Assembly (NCBI GenBank): GCA_943359345.1
Contig: CALRHE010000001.1
Span: 1,995 to 65,994 of the forward strand
Direction of reading: 5' to 3'
Length of the DNA stretch: 64,000 nucleotides
DNA from: Candidatus Uhrbacteria bacterium
GTDB taxonomy: Bacteria; Patescibacteriota; Patescibacteriia; UBA9934
Part shown: positions 60,412 to 64,000 of the stretch, piece after piece
Position numbering within the stretch: the first letter of the stretch is position 1
How the letters are laid out: each line of letters begins with the position of its first letter
Program-made: the position numbers and the translations under genes
Notes under the pieces: model-generated
Told to the model about the DNA's origin: nothing
The model's input: the letters and a program-made list of their open reading frames with translations, nothing else
Databases searched by the model: none

Positions 60412-61284
60412 CTACTTGGACCGGCGGCGATCACCGAGTCCGATTCGGAGCTCGGTGTGAAGGCCTCCGGACCAGAAGCGGTCCGGGTCACGCACGAACC
60501 CGCCGTAGCCCACGAAGGGCATGACGAGAACCCGCATCTCCGCTTGGCTCCCACGCTGGGGAACGTCCAGACGGAACATGGGACCCATGCCCAGGTCGCC
60601 GCCGATGTAGCGGGCGGCCCAGGTGTTGTCTTCCACCAGGAGGTCACGCCCCCCGATGTTCAGCTGGGTTCCGAGACCGACTTGGTCGGCGACCATGAGG
60701 CCGGCGTCCAGCCCACCGCCGTAGCTGCGGGAGGTGAGGGACCCGGTCCCGATGACGGCCCTGGCACCAAAGTACGGGGTGCCCTGGGCATCCTCCGCGT
60801 ACATGGTCCAAAGACCCAGCTGGACCTCGCCGCCCCAGCTGACCATGGGGTCAGGGGACAACAGTCCGGCCTGCACCGGCACCTGCCCGACGTTTCCGCC
60901 GGCCAGGAAGCCGATGTGGAAGAGCTCGTTGCCCTTCTCTGGCACTGGTACGGGCGGCGCTGCCACCGGTGCGTGAACGGTGATGTTCCGCACGACCGCT
61001 GCTGGCGTCGGCTCGACGGCCGGAAGCTCGGGTGCGGGCTCGGGCGCGGGTTCCACGACCGGAGTCATGGGTTCCGGCTCGGGCGTCGGCTCAACAGGCA
61101 CAGGGACCTGATCGACAACGGCCGGGGGCACGACAGGCGCTGCCGGTGCGGGCGTCGAGCTGCGCTTGGCGCAGGACCGACAGCCCTCGTCAATCGGTCG
61201 CGGGTCAGGGTTTGTCCAGTCATCAGCTTGCGCCGACACTGGGATCAAGGCCGCAATGGCGGCCAACAGATTGAAAGGACGCAT
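60412..61284 (-). CDS. Secreted protein with Pro-rich stalk and beta-barrel-like C-terminal domain
   Basis: SD AGGAG, signal peptide ending AQA, CxxC, PEP/PAP stalk, Gly/aromatic alternating beta-strands. Confidence 0.7.
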   Translation of the reverse strand: MRPFNLLAAIAALIPVSAQADDWTNPDPRPIDEGCRSCAKRSSTPAPAAPVVPPAVVDQVPVPVEPTPEPEPMTPVVEPAPEPAPELPAVEPTPAAVVRNITVHAPVAAPPVPVPEKGNELFHIGFLAGGNVGQVPVQAGLLSPDPMVSWGGEVQLGLWTMYAEDAQGTPYFGARAVIGTGSLTSRSYGGGLDAGLMVADQVGLGTQLNIGGRDLLVEDNTWAARYIGGDLGMGPMFRLDVPQRGSQAEMRVLVMPFVGYGGFVRDPDRFWSGGLHTELRIGLGDRRRSK

Positions 61285-61351
61285 TGGTGTCTCCTATTCA
61301 AGCCTGACGGCTTGGGAATGGGGTGGGCTCGCTTCCGAGTCCCGGTTGTTT

Positions 61352-61469
61352 TTTTCAGAGCCCGGGACTCGGCGCTCCAAGGGCCTTGCGTTATCCGTCA
61401 TTGGAGGAGGACGACAGATAACTCAAGTGCCCTTGGAAAGTCGATCCCTAGGCTAACTTCACCTGAAAA
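61352..61469 (-). ncRNA. Rod-like leader hairpin with anti-SD loop (CCUCCUCC) in the 5' UTR of island gene 4
   Basis: Nested stems TTTTCAG/CTGAAAA, TCCAAGGGC/GCCCTTGGA and GTTATCTGTCGT/ATGACGGATAAC around the loop at 61403-61410. Confidence 0.6.
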
Positions 61470-61478
61470 GAACTGAGT

Positions 61479-61507
61479 AATCTACCAGATTTTTGCCAAA
61501 AAGTCAA
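61479..61507 (-). promoter_or_regulatory. Sigma70 promoter (leftward)
   Basis: TTGACT-17 nt-TAGATT with extended TG. Confidence 0.7.
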
Positions 61508-61588
61508 GACCAGGCACGACTGAGAGTAACAAAAAATGGCCTATATTAGCCAATATTACTCATGCAAACAATTCATCCGCAGGCTTTC

Positions 61589-61617
61589 TTGACGCCCCCT
61601 TCGCTGATTGCTAAAAT
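61589..61617 (+). promoter_or_regulatory. Sigma70 promoter (rightward) of the candidate sRNA
   Basis: TTGACG-17 nt-TAAAAT with extended TG. Confidence 0.75.
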
Positions 61618-61624
61618 TCTGCTT

Positions 61625-61715
61625 ACAAAATCCCCTCCGGGGACCCGATGGAACGGTTGTGACGCCTCCTCCTCGTTGCAACTCGTGACCGTCGGGTCTT
61701 CAGAGAGGGTTTTTT
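61625..61715 (+). ncRNA. Candidate ~90-nt small RNA: long hairpin with CCUCCUCCU apical loop and 3' U-run
   Basis: Own promoter; stems GACCCGATGG/CCGTCGGGTC and GTTGTGACG/CGTTGCAAC with G-U wobbles favouring the + strand; ends in T6; no + strand ORF follows. Confidence 0.65.
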
Positions 61716-61739
61716 GATTGTTTTAAAGTGTATATAGGC

Positions 61740-61861
61740 TTAGAAATTACAAAATTAGATATTAGCAGCTATTAGAGAAGTAGATATTAGACTTCTGACG
61801 GATTGGATCTAATTACTATTTTCTAAGTTCTGCTAATATCTAATTTTGTAATGACTAATCC
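61740..61861. repeat. ATTAG/CTAAT palindromic dispersed repeat, full copy 3
   Basis: Perfect 23-bp arms at 61746-61768 and 61830-61852. Confidence 0.88.
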
Positions 61862-62506
61862 TTAAACCTCTGTGTGGACTAACTGATGCCTCCGACGCAA
61901 ACGATCTGATTGGATAAATACGAAAGCTGCCCCACCTAAAGCACCCAAGAACAAACCCGACACAGCATTAACTGGAATATTTGGTCGCACTGGATAACGC
62001 GAATTCAAGGGATCATCAACCACTTGTACGGTAATATTTCCGCCAGAGGTATAGGTCCAACCTTGGGTAGTGATTACAAAAGCTACTGCTTGAGCTATCT
62101 CTTGAGCTTGCTCAACATCAACGTGATAAGCCTTAATGGCTAGCAGACCACTGCTCCGTGACACCGAAGCAGAAATAGTTTTTTCCCATTGCTTACGTTC
62201 TTTAATGGGATCGTCTGGAAAATAAGTGTCGTCGATCAGAAAACCTGAATTGATAACCTTGTCAAAAAAAGTCGAAGTATAAACAATGCTAGACAAATCA
62301 TCAGCGATACGTTCAGCCGAACGACTAGCAGTGTAAGCGTCCACCACGCCTAATTCTTGGGTGATCAAAATCCGGGTGGTTGAACTGTATTCAAGAGGTC
62401 GCAAAAGTGATAACAAAACTGCGAGTACCAATCCACACGACGAAAACAAAAGCACAGTTGGCCAGGCCTGTAGGAGTGGTGTTATTTGTGTGTACTTATC
62501 GGTCAT
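61862..62506 (-). CDS. Wzz/CapA-like polysaccharide chain-length regulator
   Basis: TM-P..YSSTTRILI...VVD.P....PVRPN...N-TM architecture. Confidence 0.8.
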   Translation of the reverse strand: MTDKYTQITPLLQAWPTVLLFSSCGLVLAVLLSLLRPLEYSSTTRILITQELGVVDAYTASRSAERIADDLSSIVYTSTFFDKVINSGFLIDDTYFPDDPIKERKQWEKTISASVSRSSGLLAIKAYHVDVEQAQEIAQAVAFVITTQGWTYTSGGNITVQVVDDPLNSRYPVRPNIPVNAVSGLFLGALGGAAFVFIQSDRLRRRHQLVHTEV

Positions 62507-62513
62507 GTTGAGA

Positions 62514-63632
62514 TTAGTATATCAAACTGCTGGCATCAGCGAGCACGACTGAAAGTTCAATCAAGGCTCCACCCCGCAACACGTTCAATCGAACTGTTTG
62601 ACCAGGATCATAAGTAGCTAATAACTCAGCTAAAGATGTATCCGCGGTTATGGCTGCGTCATCTACGGCAGTTATAATGTCATGATTCAAGACTCCGGCC
62701 TCCCCAGCAGGACCCCGGGCTGGCACTGGTAAGCGACCGCTCGGAGCCACAACTAATGCCCCCGCACTCAGGCCCTGACGAAGATCAGGATCAAGATTAT
62801 AAACATCTGACAAATCAATTACATATGCTCCCAAGGCTGCATGCATAACTGTGTTGGCACGCAAAGTTTCCTGAATAAATGCCAAGCCGTGCTGCAACGG
62901 AGTAGCCAAACCATCAGCTGTCATAAAACCCAGCAAGTCACCACTGGCCGAAATCATCGGGCCCGTATAGTCACCGTTTAAAACTAATTTCCAAGCATCA
63001 ACATAATCTTCGGCTGGCTGAGGACCAGACAACAAGCTGTGTTTAACCACTTCAAGCGTGGTTGGCAATAACCCCAGGGCGCCATTCAACACAAACAAGC
63101 TATCACCGCTACGTACGTCTGCACTTGAACCAAAACCAACCGGGGTCAAGTTACTAGCGTGACCCAATTTTATAAGCACAAATGGGGACAGTTCATCGCT
63201 AACTATGTTTTCAATGCCATAACGTTCTCCCCTCACCCAAACCTGATTACTAACGAAGGGATTTTGACCGGCTGAGATTTCATCATAAGTGGTAAGTATC
63301 CAACCGTTGGCACTAACCACTACTCCTACACCTACAGCTTCAACCGGACCCACCCACTTACTGGGTACCGAGCTATCATCAACAGTCTTCATGATTACTG
63401 CCAAACTCCGACTTTGAGTTTCGCGCACTTTAGCTACAGCCTCGGCGTAATCTTGTGGATTGAGATTAGGTTTGCGCGGTTCAAGAGCTGTAAAACCTCT
63501 ATCGCCCAGCAAAGCAGCGGCGTAGCTTTCAAGCGTAGTTGAAGTAATCACACTAGCCAAAACGCCGGCACCAGCACCTACAACGAGTGAGGCCAGTACG
63601 GTAAGCACCGCGGTGCGTTGAGGGTTTTTCAT
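62514..63632 (-). CDS. HtrA/DegP-like trypsin + PDZ protein, catalytic residues degenerate
   Basis: TM, GVGVVVS.NGWILT, GP.I...G.L.G, PDZ (GPA.EAG...DII..VD). His and Ser motifs absent. Confidence 0.75.
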   Translation of the reverse strand: MKNPQRTAVLTVLASLVVGAGAGVLASVITSTTLESYAAALLGDRGFTALEPRKPNLNPQDYAEAVAKVRETQSRSLAVIMKTVDDSSVPSKWVGPVEAVGVGVVVSANGWILTTYDEISAGQNPFVSNQVWVRGERYGIENIVSDELSPFVLIKLGHASNLTPVGFGSSADVRSGDSLFVLNGALGLLPTTLEVVKHSLLSGPQPAEDYVDAWKLVLNGDYTGPMISASGDLLGFMTADGLATPLQHGLAFIQETLRANTVMHAALGAYVIDLSDVYNLDPDLRQGLSAGALVVAPSGRLPVPARGPAGEAGVLNHDIITAVDDAAITADTSLAELLATYDPGQTVRLNVLRGGALIELSVVLADASSLIY

Positions 63633-63634
63633 AT

Positions 63635-64000
63635 TTATGTCCAGGTAGCCGTACCAAAGATAAGCGCGAGCAGCATACACCCAATCAAGGCGTAGCGCCG
63701 AACAATCGCCGGCGTTAATTTTTCTAACACGTGTGCGCGTGAAATACCTAAATACACGTACCAACAGACTGTGAAAACCGCGGCGTGTGTTACAAAGCTG
63801 GTTGGCAACATGCTTAACGATACGTAAACTTCGGTCATCACAATCGCCCCAGTAACTGCAAACAAAATTCCAGTCTCAAAACCAATTTTACTAACCCAAA
63901 AGACCGCCACAGTGGCTAGTAAAACAATTAAGAAAGTAGCTATAGCTGGGATCCACAGGGGTAATTCCAAAAACAGTTGAGCCATGTAAGCGCTGCCCGT
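63635..64000 (-). CDS. Hypothetical polytopic membrane protein, 5' partial
   Basis: Hydrophobic open frame extending to the window end. Confidence 0.6.
   Translation of the reverse strand, partial: TGSAYMAQLFLELPLWIPAIATFLIVLLATVAVFWVSKIGFETGILFAVTGAIVMTEVYVSLSMLPTSFVTHAAVFTVCWYVYLGISRAHVLEKLTPAIVRRYALIGCMLLALIFGTATWT

Noticed and set aside
57660-61476. Long + strand ORFs (57660-58442, 59293-60153, 60391-61476) and alternative-frame ORFs in the island
   Set aside because: They are shadows of GC-rich minus-strand genes, which carry the SD, signal peptides, promoters and terminators.
57700-61510. Integron cassette array or prophage interpretation of the island
   Set aside because: No intI, no convincing RYYYAAC/GTTRRRY attC cores and no phage genes; at least some genes carry their own promoters.
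61625-61715. SRP (4.5S) or 6S RNA identity for the candidate sRNA
   Set aside because: No GNRA apical tetraloop or SRP domain IV motif; too short and lacks the large central bubble of 6S. An Rfam search is still needed.
1-64000. CRISPR array, rRNA, DGR or stop-codon recoding
   Set aside because: No regularly spaced direct repeats, rRNA-like sequence or reverse transcriptase. Conserved genes are intact in code 11 and TGA is used as a stop.

Overview
Bacterial chromosome segment in genetic code 11. Gene content and layout suggest a Patescibacteria/CPR genome, probably Parcubacteria/ABY1-like (inference). Supporting features: dnaB-ybaB-recR, dispersed rplU/rpmA/rplI, a membrane-anchored Clp ATPase, a PEGA protein, DUF5667 plus an ECF sigma factor, and a giant acidic surface protein. 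1-29.6 kb is housekeeping (replication, tgt, ftsEX, mur/mra/ftsW, pyrG, three tRNAs). 29.6-57.7 kb and 61.9-64 kb form a cell-surface/glycosylation region. Many core genes look leaderless, with an extended -10 box 6-9 nt before the start and no Shine-Dalgarno. The most striking part is a GC-rich island at ~57.7-61.7 kb. It holds four stand-alone, SD-led secreted/lipoprotein genes of myxobacterial character, separated by hairpins and mostly preceded by sigma70 promoters. At its edge, two back-to-back promoters each drive a ~90-120 nt rod-like hairpin RNA with an anti-Shine-Dalgarno apical loop (CCUCCUCC), a candidate undescribed RNA-based translation-control system. Also found: several dispersed palindromic repeat families and degenerate enzymes (Zn-free TGT, UXS-like SDR without its catalytic Tyr, dead HtrA). 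No CRISPR array, rRNA, integrase or transposase was seen. All family calls come from motif recognition, not database searches.
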